From Octopus sinensis (Eukaryota): DNA of 64,000 nt. Below, one piece after another: positions 48,831 to 63,478 of this stretch; positions within the stretch are counted from its first letter, which is position 1, and every line of letters begins with the position of its first letter. The notes under the pieces are model-generated. The model did not search any database. It was not told the origin of the DNA and saw only the letters and a list, made by a program, of their open reading frames with translations. Both the position numbers and the translations under genes were made by a program. The stretch is taken from contig NC_042998.1 of NCBI RefSeq assembly GCF_006345805.1, positions 118,854,001 to 118,918,000 of the forward strand, given 5' to 3'.

Positions 48831-50154
48831 CGAAGAAAGAAGATTAAATCCTGTTCACGGCGAAGGCGGGGGTTCGGATGGCCCCTGTTCAAAGACAATC
48901 CGAACACAGACAGGTGGTGTAATGAATGATTGGTTCAGCGGCAATGGCGCGAGACCGGAGTGTCATTGCCGAGTTTAATGTCTCAAAACATAATTAAGAT
49001 ACCGTTCAATTGGGTACATAAATTGCGGCACCTTGCTAGGTCGGTATAATCCGCACACCCAAATAACATTAATTGAATATCGAATATCAATACTCCGTGG
49101 AGGTGTGTTTGTACCTGATATTTCTACCGGTTGTGCAGACAACGTGTGTGCCATAATGAACTGACACCTATACATCTTTGTTACTCATTTATATATATAT
49201 ATATATGGCGTCTGCGTCTGCGTGTTTGTGTGTATGTATATACACACACACTGACATACACACACTCTCGTAATAATAGGAAGTTGGTGATGTACTGTTA
49301 TCTTAGTTTTTAGCGCTTTTGTTCTGTGTGTGTGTTTGAATGTATACAGAAATGTCAGCTGTTTCTTAAGAATGTCAATAGTTGGAATATTAATAAATTA
49401 TTTTATATGAATTTGGCAGTGGGATACAGAATAAATGATTTGACGAGTTCCAGTAAGATGTATGTCTACTAGTATGTATGGCTTGTTTGTGCGTATGTAA
49501 GTGTGTGTCTGCGCGTGTCTCTGCGCGTATGTCTGCGCGAGTGTGTGTGCGTGTGGGCGTGTGTGTGTGTGTGTGTGTGTGTATAGTGAATGTTTGAATA
49601 ACAAATGGGTTTCTGGGAACGTTCTTTTTTAAGCAATTTGTCTGCTGACATCTTTGTCCAGAAAGGCCAGCAAGTTTATTGATTTCAATAAATATATGTG
49701 TATGTAACGAAAAAGCAGCTGTTCGTTGAAGAATGAAATGAAGAAAAAGTGATTTCTGAGATGATTGTTTTGATGACAACTTTATCCCGAAATGTCTATC
49801 TGTTTATTAATTTCAATAATTCAATGATTTGATTTCAATCTGTGAAACGGTCGAATGGTTTTTGTTCAAGGTATGTGAACAGGTCTTTGGAGTGTTCTAT
49901 AAACATTGGCGTACTTAGTGAGTAGTAGTCGTGATGATGGTAGCGGTGTGTGTGTGTGTTTGTGTGTGTGTGTATGTGCCTGTGTGTTTCTGCGTGGTGG
50001 TTGTGCAAAATTTATTTTTCTCAATAATTTGTTTTAGGAACACAAGCAACAACAATGTTATTATCTACTGATGATCTGGCTTTGATCATCAGAAAAAGTC
50101 ATACTTTAATAAAATTTCCTGTTTTTATGTTTTGTTATAAAATATTTCTCCATT

Positions 50155-50460
50155 CATTGTTGTATTTCTGGATGGTCACTTTTTTCATAAATACACACAC
50201 GCACTATATATTCGTTCTTTACTTCAGCTTTATTATTGTTCTTATTTTAATGCCTTTTGTCTAAATCTTTTGTTACACACACTGTGATCTCTTCAGCGAT
50301 TCTCCATTCCACGTGAGTTGCTGGAGAGGGCGCAGGATGTGTGAGAAAAGATTTAGACGGACACTAAAATAAGAACAACAATAAAGCTGAAATGAAAACC
50401 GAATATATAGTACGTATGTTTATTTGACAAAACAATGACATCCAAAATGCAACAATATTT
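50155..50460. mobile_element. Old foldback/MITE-like element; related partial copy at about 52135-52330
   Basis: ttcagctttattattgttcttattttaat..tctaaatctttt pairs with aaaagatttaga..taaaataagaacaacaataaagctgaa. Confidence 0.5.
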
Positions 50461-50934
50461 GCTTCAACACACAAATTTCATACCAGGAATCTTGCAAAGC
50501 TGATAAATATTTCTCCCTTTCTTTCCGGTAATTTGGGTAAATATATGGATAAATAAACTGTGACAATCTCGAATTCGGGGTTTTCGCAAACTTCTAGATC
50601 ATCATTCAGTGAGATTTTCCATAATTACAGTTATAGCATCTCTTGCCAATGTGTTCTCACCCACTCACCAAAGAAGTTGCCAGGCTGACCGATGTAATTT
50701 TCTTTACAACTTATAAAATATAAGAAAATTCTTATTTACCAATTCTACTGCAATTTATGTAAACCCAATAACCATTTTAAAGTACCACTGGATATAGTTT
50801 TCAAATAGTTGCAATATGTTCCTATATATTCCACACGTGTTGTCTCCAAAGTTTTCTTGAAGGATTCGGAATTATCCCTGATGCAAATTCTGCTCCTGTT
50901 TGTTGTTCATTATACATGTGTATATATACGCATT

Positions 50935-50942
50935 TACATATG

Positions 50943-51010
<68 letters not shown>
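50935..51010. repeat. (TA)n microsatellite
   Basis: Direct reading. Confidence 0.95.
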
Positions 51011-51011
<1 letters not shown>

Positions 51012-51028
51012 TTTCTGACGATTTGACT

Positions 51029-51061
<33 letters not shown>

Positions 51062-51124
51062 AATATTCATGTAGAAATACATATATATGTATATATGTAT
51101 TTGTGTATTATGTGTCTATATAAT

Positions 51125-51275
51125 TGTGGCTAGTAAGTAGCTTGCTTACCAACCATGGCCATGGGTTGAGTCCCACTGCGTGACACCTTGGACAAGTGTC
51201 TTCTACTATAGCCTCGGGCCGACCAAAGCCTTGTGAGAGTATTTGGTAGACGGAAATTGTAAGAAACCCATCGTT

Positions 51276-51350
<75 letters not shown>

Positions 51351-51563
51351 GTGTGTGTTTGTGTGTCTGTGGTTGTCCCCCCAACATCGCTTGACAACCG
51401 ATGCTGGTGTGTTTACGTCCCCGTAACTTAGCGGTTCAGCAAAAGAGACCGATAGAATAAATACTAGGCTTACAAAGAATAAGTTCTGGGGTCGATTTGC
51501 TCAACTAAAAGCGCTGCTCCAGCATGGCCACCGTCGAATGACCGAAACAATTAAAAGAGTAAA
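51125..51563 (+). mobile_element. SINE family B copy with expanded internal (TA)n
   Basis: Colinear with 16763-17168. Confidence 0.85.
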
Positions 51564-54500
51564 ATAGTGTACATTTAAACACAAGAGAAAACTGCCTTCG
51601 AGCAAGTAATTCAGGAGTAAAATTTATGCGAAGATATTTTTGCCCCTGTTATTATCTAGTGTAACAATTAAAACTGATGATAACAGTATCAATAATATAG
51701 GCGATTGAAGCCTCAAAAAGCATTAAATAACTGAAGGATTAAAATTAATCAAAGGGCATACTATGTATATCTACCTGCTGGAAATAACAGTAAAAATCAC
51801 TGATGATTCATACAGAAATCAACCGTCTGCGAGCAAAGTGTCAGGACAATCTTTCAACATACATTCAAGTATTTGGACTCACTTGGACCGGTTACTGGAC
51901 TGCCATTATAGCCTCCTCTTCCTCAGCACGTGTTCCAGACTAGTACCGAAATTCGTCAGGCGTAGAAAATCCTGGCTCCAAATAGTAAAACCTTTGTTTT
52001 GTTTTAGTGAAAAGTGAAATATAATCCAAATAATAAGACAAGAAATAAACATATTTAATCACCAATTATAGTTGTCGCTGTACCGACTGTAGTTGCAACG
52101 CCAATTTACGCAAAAGTTCGCAAATATTGTTAATTACTCGTTTATTATTGTTCTTATTTTATCTAATGTCTATTGTTGGACAATGGACATATGAGGAAAG
52201 AAAAACAATACTAAATGAGTAAAGAACGAATATATTGTGCGTGTGTTTATTTGGCAAGACAAAAATGATCATCCCGAAATATAACAATATGCTTCAACAC
52301 ACGATTACACCAGGAATCTTGCAAAACAAATTCATATTCGCAAATATTGTAAAACCGATAATATTACGTACATTTTTACTTTAAATTTTTGTGCATACTG
52401 GCGTTTCAAGTAGAGTTGTAAATCATCACTAAAGATGTGTTAAAGTATTTGTCATATTATTTGGAATATTATCTTATTATTTGGAATATAATTCTTTATT
52501 CTTTTACTTGTTTCAGTCCGATTGACTACGATAATGAGAAGCAAGTCATGACTAACGTAGGACGATACTATTTAACTGCTTACCCATCATACCTCATCAT
52601 TGAATCTTTAGTAATTTCATGTGGTAACTTTCACCTTTCAGCCGCCCTGTTTTGAAATCCACCCTAAAAGAGCGCCAATTCCAGATGATAAACGAGGTAG
52701 ATCTAACATTGCTACGATAAGTGTGTTCTACCCACCAAAACTCGATCATGAAGCATTTCAATAGCGAAAAGAAATTAGCAGGAGTGGCGCATCATTTTGG
52801 CGGAAACTATAGCGAAGGAGACAAGCTTGATTAGATTATAAGTAAGGCAGTATATATATTTTTTTTAATATCTCCATCTATGTTTTATACATACATCGTA
52901 TACAAAATTATAATGCATTGAACTGCTGGACTACTTATTCGTTTCGTTTCTGAAGTCATAAGAGACGTAACAAGAAAATAATGATGCATGAAAAATATTC
53001 ATAAACAATTGTGGTAATTTGAGAAATCGGCCTTAGTTACTGATGACTACCTTAGTTACTAATAGCTGCCTCGAAGGTCATAGCATCACTCATTCAGCCA
53101 CGATAATTTACTGCAGAATGTATTTATTATATTTTTTATGTATTCTATTATTAAGAAACATTCATAATAATGATGTACCCTAACGTTTCACCATACATTT
53201 TCATATTTATATTTATTTTTTTAAGTGCATAGTGAACATTGTACACCTTACATTTCTAAATTACCATTAATAGTATACACGATATTTGTGAGTAGACAGA
53301 TGTTTACATAATTTTGAATTTTTTCTTTCGTTATACGGGAATTTCATAATAAAAATACATTCGCTGAAATAACATATAAAACTTTTAAAATCAAAATAAA
53401 AGTTTGGAACTTATACTTTGTATTTTTGTCACCTGAAGACTAAGGAGTGTATTTTAAAAATTCTTTCCACACTTTGAAGTTGCTTTCAGCACAACATATT
53501 TATTAGATTATAAGAAACTAATTTCGCTATTTCAATCCCTGCGTTATTTATGTAAAAAGCTCATTCCAGACGTTACTTTCGAATACTCTATCTTTTGTGT
53601 AGCGTCACTGAGTGCCAGAGAAAATCTTTTAGAAAGGACTAAAACTCGCTTTCTTACAGAACAGAAGTCGGCGATGCAACGTTGGAGTTTCCACATGGTT
53701 TACTCGAATTGCAATATATATCAGTGAAATCTTGCTCAAATTCACTTTACAGTGTTAAAAGAATAATACGTTAAATAATGGAGACTTACATACATTGTTT
53801 ACATAATGCTTCTAGGTCTACATGTAAATATGTAAATAAAAATGACGAGATGGTCACTATTTTGATGGTCATATATCGGTTCAATAAGAGTTAACCTGAG
53901 GCTAAACACCGACGGAAGTCCGAAATATAGGTGATGGATCAGAAGACATACTAGCAGCTGGGGTATAATAGAGTATTCTCTCTTCCTCAATTTATGGCAA
54001 CTACATCATAACAATGGGTACATAACAAGCTAACAAGATAGTCATTTAATGTCATTGACGTGCGACTAGCGATTTATAGAATCAGACATACGATTCTTTC
54101 ACTTTCAAACAATATATTTCCTTCGGCGGATCATTGGCACTGCTCACTCTCTCTCCCTCTGTAACATAAGAGCAATTGCAAATCCAATCCATATTCAAAT
54201 AGTAGCAATCAAGTTTCTTTCAACTCACTCCTTACCATCTTAACAAAAGAAAGAATATACTAGATAATGTGGCTTTAAGTATAAAATTATATTCAAATAG
54301 GCAATTTTTGTTATAAATCTTTTCGATCTGATCCAGCTAGGGGGTGAACAAGTGTAACAACATAAATCACATGCTATTTCTGTAAAAGTCCCCAATAGAT
54401 CACCCACGCTATCTAGCGCAAATCTACTCGCCTAGCTCTACTCTATATTTCACGTTTACATGACGATTACTTTGTATCCTCCCTCCCCACTAATTTCATC

Positions 54501-55739
54501 TTTCATTTGTATACCAGCAGCAAAGTATTCTACTCGCTGCAGCAGTACTTTCTCTTTCTTCTAAGTTTATATAAGAATTCTCTCACTGTCTCCGAGTTAT
54601 GTCATTCGAGTCTTTCGATATTCATTGGCTATATCTTATTACATCTCTTTTACTTCTCTCCCAAGTCATCAAATTTTATTAATATAACATATATCACCCT
54701 TCATAAACACCGTCATATCTGTATAGCATTTAATATGCACAACTACAACTTAGTCACCTTCAAAAATATCAAGAAACAACTGCTGCACACACCAGGTCAC
54801 ATATTTTCAAACATAACCACTCTTCATACAAAAAGTATGCAACTAGCCTCTGAAAAGAAACTACAAGTGCAGTGCTTCAAATCTCAGACGACCATTCATC
54901 GCGTGTGCACATGCAAAAGAAAAACTTAAAAGATTTCAATTGCCGGGAGTACCGTTGTCTCTTGTAACAAATTAAACTTTTACATGCCTAGATTTTTCGC
55001 TATCTGTCATTCCTGATGGTATGGCAATATCCGAAAAATCAGATTCTACACTCCCCACAACAACGGAACCCATTGCGTTCCCCTTTTAACTGTCTTATTG
55101 AATATTTGTTGACTAAGCAGAGCATCACCAATTTTCCCTGATCTCAGAATGTCTTGGTCCATATACATATAAAATAGTCACTGCTTTATTAGAATTCGCT
55201 ATTTCGCATATTTTATTAGTATTCTGATACCTAGAAATTTAATAAATAATGAAAATGGGGTGCTTCAAACTTTGAGAAAAGGGAAGCTATTTTGATTTTC
55301 GAACGGGCAATAATAGAACATCCAATTTGTAATTAAGATCATTTCATCAGTTATCATTTTCTACTATTCTGCAAGTCTCCAGTTTTGTAAACTTCAGAGT
55401 TTTACTCACATAGTTGCTGTTGCTCCACTCACTAATATCGAAGAACAGTTAATCGGTTGTTTAGCAGATGTTCATTTCTCAATAACCAATACTTCATTGG
55501 CACGTTGTGTACTCCTACCGTTTATTCTCTCACTACTATTAGAAGTTTACTGCTCCTGTATTTAATTGAGCTACATAGAACTTAGACCCCTTTCTCTCTC
55601 ACAACAGTCTTATTGAGTCTTACTATATCACGTTCAATTTAAAATGCTCATTTCTGGTGTCTACCTATCCCACTTCAGAAACTTAACTGAAATTCATTTC
55701 TTCGTCCACATTTTTTCTACCGTTAGCCTACTTGAACTA

Positions 55740-57033
55740 CGAGGGACGTTCAATAAGTAATGCCTCTGACCCACTTGCAGTTGTTTGATTTAGTTGAAAT
55801 TTTGCATGTGCAATTATTTATATCTCTATAGATTACGTGGCAAATTACAGCTATGAACTAGTTGTGGTTTCTGATTTACATGTGTTTGAACTGAGTCAAG
55901 TGTGAAATGGAGCCTGTTGAGTATCGAGCAGTGATCCGGTTTTTGTATTTGAAAGGACGCACTCCTCGGGGGACTTTTGATAAAATGAAAGTAACTTATG
56001 GTGATGATGCTCCATCATATGACCTTGTAAAACGCTGGCATCGTGAATTCAAACATGGTCGGAACTCTGTGGAAACAGCTCCCAGAACTGGTCGCCCCCC
56101 TTCTGCTATTTATGAGGTATCTGTCCGTCAAGTTGAGGCTGCCATTTTGCAAGATCGACGCATAACTATTCGCCAAATAGCACATGAGGTCAAGATTAGT
56201 ACCGGGCCTGTGGAAACTATCATTCATGACCATTTGCATATGCAAAAGGTGTCTGCCAGATGGATTCCCAGGTTGCTCACACCTTTCCAGAAGCAAGAAC
56301 GCGTCTAGTGCTCGAAGATGAATTTGAAGATGTGCCAAGAAGATGAGTCAAAATTTTTCAAAAGACTGATTACACAGGATGAAACCTGGGTCCATCACTA
56401 TGATCCAGAGACCAAATCCCAGTCAATGCAGTGGAAGCACCGTAACTCACCTCCTCCAAAGAAGGCAAGAGTGCAACCCTCCGCTGGCAAGGTCATGCTC
56501 ACAGTCTTCTGGGACCAGGACGGAGTAGTGATGACAGATTTCCTGGCAAAGGGTACCACAATTACTGGAGCCTATTATGCTTCACTTTTGATGAAATTAA
56601 GAGAAGCTATCAAAATCAAGAGGCGGGGCAAGATCAGCAAAGGCATCCTCCTCCTGCAGGCCAACGCTCCAGTCCACAACTCGCGTGTCGCCAGATCAGA
56701 AGCACAAGCGTGCAGCTATGAACTCCTCCCCCATCCTCCCTACTCTCCCGACCCTGCACCCTCTGATTTTCAGCCCTTCCCAGCCATGAAGTTGTTTTTG
56801 AAAGGAAAGCGTTTCCCAGATGATGCAGCCTTGATTTCTGAAGTCACGTCGTGGTTGGAGGACCAAGCTGGGGGTCTTCTACAAAAACGGTCTCCAGAGC
56901 TGCATCAAAGAATGGGAGAAATGCGTAACTCTGGGTGGTTCCTATGCAGTAAAAGACTAACAACTGAGCCAAGTTTCGTTGCTCTACTGCAATGGGAAGT
57001 GGGTCAGGGGCATTACTTATTGAACGCCCCTCG
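55740..57033 (+). mobile_element. Full-length mariner (DD34D, TIR resembling the irritans/Hsmar2 type), inactivated
   Basis: 1294 bp, TA on both sides, TIR CGAGGG(A/G)CGTTCAATAAGTAATGCC. Motifs WIPRLL, TQDETW and YSPDPAPSDF. Lesions: TAG at 56306-56308, second catalytic D to A (LQANAPVH), +1 frameshift in the G-run near 56870. Confidence 0.96.
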
Positions 57034-58620
57034 TAAGCTAGTCGTAGAAGTTTGCAGGGACGCGTAATTGCTATAACAATTGATAGTCTATGTGATGAAG
57101 GTTTATTTTTTTTTATTTTTGCTTAAATGCTCAGTGAGAGGATCAGAGATATTCTATATGGCCCTTCTCAGAAACTATGGAACGGAAAAAAAGAAAAAAG
57201 TTAATTTCACATCATAGATCTTGTCCGAATTCGTGTAATGTTGCGGACTCTCTCAGAGCCACTCAATGGCCAGATGGTGATTTTAACCGTACAACTAGTA
57301 CGGTTAAATGACTTCTCCAAATGTATTTCCATAGAGATTTCGTTTAATAATTTTCATTCACGAAGGCTTTCGTTTGCTTCCAGTTGATGGGAGAAGACTT
57401 AGCTCAAAGACCTGCGCAATTAGATAGAACTCGAAATCTCTCACCTGCGAATCGAATTTTTTAACCACAAAACCATGTCTAGTGGAGGCCAAATAAATTA
57501 TATAATATAACATGGGAGCCAAATATAACATGGGGTCCTAATAAACCTCTATTCATCGTTACCCACGTATCTATAAGGTTGTAAAGATTGTAGAGAAACA
57601 TCTATTATTTCTATTAACTACAGCCTTTACACGTCGAAGCTTTGAAAAACCAGAAACACATAAATATATCACGATGCGATGCAGGAGACAATGTTCGAAG
57701 CAAGTAAATAATTATCTCTTACGATATATGTGTGTAGATGTGTTATTGTATAAATATGTGTGCGTGCGTGCGTGCGTGTGTGCGAGCGTGTGTGTGTGTG
57801 TATTTGTGTGAATATGCGCATACTGATGAAAGTGAATTTGCTTTAAAAGTTTTCTAATATTCTTACATTGACTAGTGAAGTGGGAAAATATTTCCTGTAA
57901 CTTAGTTAATATTGAGTGATTTAATGAGAGTTTTATTAAAATCTCGTGATTTAACATATTGTTTTTTCTCGGTTAAATTTTTTCCCGTCTACAAAGGTTG
58001 CTAATTAATATGCGAAAGCAGTTAATAATAAGAACTAATAAATACGATTTCTCATTGTATAATTAAAGTTATCATGCTTATAGATCTGCATATTACAGAT
58101 GGAATGATACATGAAATGCATTGTGTGTTGTCTAATCAATTGTAATTGAAAATATGGTGAAAGTTAATTAAACCCTTTTTCACGTTGTGGAAAACATCAG
58201 CCTTTTACTTCAATTTTTTCTTTCTTCTTTAACCACGAAATCAAAAGTTGCAAATTACAAGATATAAATGCAGCTATCAAGAAACCAACTGATATGAGTG
58301 ACTTACAATCATTTTAATTTTAGTTTGATATAGAGAAGTTGTTTGTTTTATTTTTGTTTTTGTTTTTCTTAGTTTTGTGCAAGGCGGAGATGAGATTATC
58401 AGCAAATTTACAGTTTCAACAAACGATGGATGAAAATATTACTGTGATTAATAAGAATGGTTCTTGAAAGGAACCACTAAAATTCTGTGTTGGCAAAAGT
58501 AAATACAGTAAAACATAAATATATATATATAAAGCGGAGTAGTGATAAGCTTGAGAAAAATCTCTTAAATATTCTTCATATTTTGTTACCTGATATATCA
58601 CTACTAACTCGACTTTCTAT

Positions 58621-58831
58621 GCATATTAGAGAAGTCTACACTGCTGGCAGCAATTAGACTGTCTCCTTTCTGAGAATAAATCGATACCTTGATGCCCGAC
58701 ACCCTAATACATATATGCTTTCTTCTCCATCACGTACACAACCAGTATCGGAACATCTACTAAGATGACGGAAGCTAATATACCTTTTCTAAATAAGCCA
58801 TAACATGACGGAACACAATGAGAATCATTTC
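58621..58831. repeat. 211-bp segment duplicated at 59567-59777
   Basis: Direct repeat, roughly 85-90% identical by eye. Confidence 0.9.
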
Positions 58832-59084
58832 TTTTTCTTTTCGAAACTATTATAAGTTTTAGAGTAATATATTTGGCAGCTTGTATTATTTTGTGTATGA
58901 TATAGTGTGGGTTGTAATGACTTCGAAACTGCTTGACTGTAGGCAGCTGCAATAATCTACATATAACATGCACCTGTGTCTGTATTTGCAGTGTTGAGCA
59001 TTTTACAAATCAATTTTGGTTTCAAACACAAGGCGTTGAACAGACAAAATCGTTCCTGCTCTGGGCAAAATGCTCGTCAGCATG

Positions 59085-60250
59085 AGAATTTTTTTTTACT
59101 ATCAGAGCATCTTTTAGAGAGCGAAAAAGGTACAAATCAATTGGTGCAAGGTCTGGTAATTATGGTGGAAGGTGTAGAACAGACCAACCCAAATCCAGTA
59201 TTTTACCCAGCCTGATTCTTGCTGAAAGTGGTCTTGCGTTATCACGCAGAAGCACAACGCTTCTCCGACCGACGAGTGCAGGGCGTTTCCTTCAAAGATT
59301 TTTGTGCACACGTTGCAGCTGTTGAGAGTATAAGTCGGCATTTAGTGTTTGATTGCGGTTTAAAAACTCTAAATGAATAATCCCACGGTGATCCCATCAT
59401 ACACGCAGCATAACCTTCCTTCTATAGAGCTCAGCCTTTGATGTAAGTTGTGGAGATTTATCCTTGTGATTCCACTGCTTTTTACGTTGAACATAAAAGA
59501 CTCATTTTACATCATCTGTAATATTATTCAGAAACAAATAATTTTTCTGTCTTGAAAGAAGACTATGCATTTTAGAGAAGTCTACACTACTGGCAGCAAT
59601 TAGACTGTCTCCTTTCTGAGGATAAATCGATACCTTGATTCACAACACCCTAATACATATATACTTTCTTCTCCATCACGGACACAACTAGTGTCGGAAC
59701 ATCTACAAAGATGATGAAAGTTAATATACCTTTTCTAAATAAACCATAACAGGACAGAATACAATAAGAATCATTTCGTGTCGCTATTCTTCTCACTAAG
59801 AATATGGGGGACCCAAACACCCAACTTGCTGGCTTTTCCTATCTTTTTTCAAGCGGCGGCAGATATTGGACTGGGATGTGCTGAGCTCAATTTCTAATTC
59901 CCGAGTACTTTTACGAGGACTGAATTCCGCTAGTTCTCTTAAAGCATCTTGATTGAAGTCTGATGTGAGTCCTGGTCTGAGTTGATCACTCAATGACAAA
60001 TCTCCGGAACGAAATTCTGGAAGCCGATTTCGCACTTGCCGGTTAGTAATAATACCTTGGCGATAAACACTTCATTAGCTATGTCTGTAGCATTTGTTTC
60101 CATTCTTAAACTCCCACGTCACATGTCGAATATGCACTTTAAGTTCATTCATTGTAGGGGAGTGAAATTTAATATTAAACTATGATGTGCACGCTTTCAC
60201 TTCATAAATAAGAATGACAGATGAAGCTCTTTTAAAAATGGTAGTTTCTA
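59085..60250 (-). mobile_element. Degraded mariner, 3'-truncated, interrupted by the 211-bp segment
   Basis: EFRSGDLSLSDQLRPG...PRKSTREL; FLNNITDDVK*VFY...KVMLRV*WDHRGIIHLEFL; LLRDNARP...PDLAPIDLYLFRSL. Confidence 0.8.
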
Positions 60251-60349
60251 TTTCGATTTTAAACATCTCAAGTTTGGGTTATAGTAAAAAGAATTTGCAG
60301 TACATGTTTCTTATATTTCAGATTTAAAACCATTATTGTCTCTTGTACA

Positions 60350-60535
60350 TCAAACATTTCGTAGCAGCATTTCTTCTGACTTTACGTTTTGAGTTGGAAA
60401 TTCCGCCGAGTTCGACCTGACCTTTCATTCTCTCCGGGTCGATAAAATAAGTACCAATCCAACATTTAGGCTTGATGTAATCGACTAGCCCCTCCTCCAA
60501 AATTTCAAGCCTTGTTCTCACAATAGGAAGAACTA
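60350..60535 (+). mobile_element. SINE family A, degenerate
   Basis: aaattccgccgagttcgacctgacctttcattctctccgggtcgataaaataagtacc. Confidence 0.7.
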
Positions 60536-61319
60536 TTATCACTGTTATTATTGTTGTTGTGGTTGTTGATATTTCTATTATTGGTATTAGTATTATTTCT
60601 TATTACAATCCTTTGTAATATTATTGATATTATTATTTTTGTTCTTTTGGTACTTATGAATATATAAGCAACGGAAAATATTTTTGCGACTCATGTGTGA
60701 TAACTATATGTAATTAAGTAATATAAGAAATAATACAAGCCGGTGGTTTGTACCTTGAACTTCTGCTTCAGTACTTCGGGCTCCCTTTTTCAGGAAATCT
60801 TCAGAGATATGGTATTGTGAGCTGCCTGTGCTGTTCTGTAGTGTGGTATGTGTATACTTGTATGTATGATATATGTATGGTTGAACGAATGCAAGAATAC
60901 ATACACATTCATGCATATATTAATTTTTAAATTTTGTAACAGATTTATTAAAATACCAAGTCGGGTTCGACATTTCTTTTCTTTTCTTTTTTTGCTTTTC
61001 GATGGTAAATATAAAAGAAAACAGATTAGGAGAGATTGAAAGTATAAGGGAAAACTCTGGAAAACAAGCTTAAAATATCAAATATTGATAAAAAATTCCA
61101 ATATTCAATAATTTCCAAAGATATAGGCAGTAATGCAAATTCAAGTGTTCGATGAATTTCATAACAATCATGCATGGCCGAACGTTCAGTGTCATTGAGT
61201 TATATTAACAATTAGATACGATGAAGTAGTTAAAGCGTAAGAAAAGTTCAAGATCTCTATGGTTGTAAATTTAATGACATCACTTGTTTATATATGTATA
61301 TATATTCATAACTTTATAT

Positions 61320-62705
61320 GGGAATAATATGCATTGTCTATAAAGGAGGCAAGATGCTAAACTCTAAAAGCCCATCTCTCTGGCATCACATCAGAAAAGT
61401 TATGGAATGAATTGTTAGAACGAAACCAGTTGTGTTCCTTGACGAGAATGACTTGCTAACTAATAAGTAACATGGCTTTCGACAGGTAGAAGTACTCTGA
61501 CGCAACTCTAACAGGACTACGGCAGGATGTTAAAGCAACTACTCTACAACTCAAATGTGAATGTGATATATCGCTACCTTTCAAAAACGTTTGCTAAAGT
61601 CGATCATGGTATGATATGTCACAAGCTGCAATATCTCGCTTTTTAAAAGATAGAATCCAGGCAGTGGTGGTCAATGGTGCTTCCTCTAATGAAACACAAA
61701 TAGTGAGGGACGTTCCACAAGGGTACTACCGTAGAACTATTGCTACTCATTGTTCCTCTTTCAGACATGCACTCAGTTGCACAAACAACCAACTTCGCTT
61801 CCTATGCAGACGAGATAAAATTCTCCCAGAGAATTCTTTCATGAGAGTTGCGCACCTGCAACAGGTGTTGCACACTATATGCAAGTGGACTGAGGACAAC
61901 AGCATGCAGTCTAATGCTAGAAAAGTCCCAGTCCTGCGATCCCTGCACAGAATATTAATGAAATGCAGGAAGGATACTCTGGCCTAGAAGGGATTTGAAT
62001 ATCTAAATCAGAATCAGACCGGGGTACTGACGTGAGTAATGATGCATCTTTCCATGTGCGTATTACTAAGTTGATAATAAAATACAGAAGTTGACCAGAT
62101 AGATCCTTAGACCTTTCGGAACTACAGAATGGGAAACAATAAAGGTCTTTTGGAGGACATTTGACCGCAACTGCTATGTCTATTGCTCCCAGCTATGGTC
62201 ATCAAACAATATAAAATTAAAGGCGAAACTCGAAGCAATCCAGCGAAGCTACACAAAGATCATCTCAATACGACTGATCAGATACAGGGAGAGGCTGAAA
62301 AAGTAAAAAAAACTATTTCCTAGAACGAAGGCCGGAAAGGTATGTAGTGATATACATTTGCAAAATCCTGGAAGGACTTGTACCAAACTTTGGCACTGAG
62401 TGTTACACAAACACTAGAACTGGGCGCTTATACATTGTGCCAAAGATGCATCCTCAAGATGACGGCCAGATACTGCTATAGCTTGAGATTCAAGGGTTCA
62501 CAGTGTTTCCAATATCCTCCCAAAATACTTCCTGTCAAGCGTTTCGGACGAACCTACATCGTGGCAGGAAACGCACATGAGTGCAGCAACATCAAACGCC
62601 TTCATTCACCAAATGCACAAGTCAGAGGTTTTGAAGTAATGAAAGTGTTGGAAAACTAACGGTGGTGCCCCAACATGGCCACAGCTCTCGAGATGAAAGT
62701 AGTTA
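61320..62705 (+). mobile_element. Old degraded CR1-like LINE 3' portion
   Basis: Frameshifted KPISL/SHIRKVME, FAKVDHG, FLKDRIQAVVVNGASS...VPQG. 3' end ggtggtgccccaacatggccacagctctcgagatgaaa. Confidence 0.8.
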
Positions 62706-63364
62706 ACGAGTTTCTTACATATATGACAACTCAATAGATTATATGTTTTAGTTTTGAAATATTTATTTGAATCCAAAATACCATACTCTAAACAGAAATA
62801 GGTCTAAAATATACAAGTAATTATATTTTGCTCTTGTTCATTGAAACATGCATTGAACAATTTATTCGTTCAAGATGGTTGTATAAAACACATTTCTTTA
62901 CAAGTTATCAACCGACCTCGCCACACTCATACAAATCAATTTATAGCTTACAAATTAATGCAATATAAACTTATATTGTGCATACACGTACACACCCACC
63001 ACCAATCTCACATCAAAACCTTATTTGCAACGTTTCTTCATTGATTTTATTGTACACATCACAGATGATTTGTACCATTGCTGCATTGTTACTAGTTTGA
63101 AATAAAACCTATGTGATTTTAGATCACGTTATATGAAATAAAATAGAATTAGTATCTGCTCTGTAGTAACCAAAACTTTCAATTTAAATGTTGCTTTATA
63201 TGTACTGTTCCTTCTGGTGTTCACTATAAAACAATTACTATATCAACAAGTTAACAGTACTCCGTGAGTGTTTCAGTGAAACTACTCTCAATTGATCGAT
63301 GCACAAAGCAACACCGTGTACGATATGCAGTGTCTGATCGTGTGAAAAGAACGTACCACCAATG

Positions 63365-63478
<114 letters not shown>

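Noticed and set aside
51800-51825. CTGATGA...GAAA string
   Set aside because: No convincing helix II, III or I.
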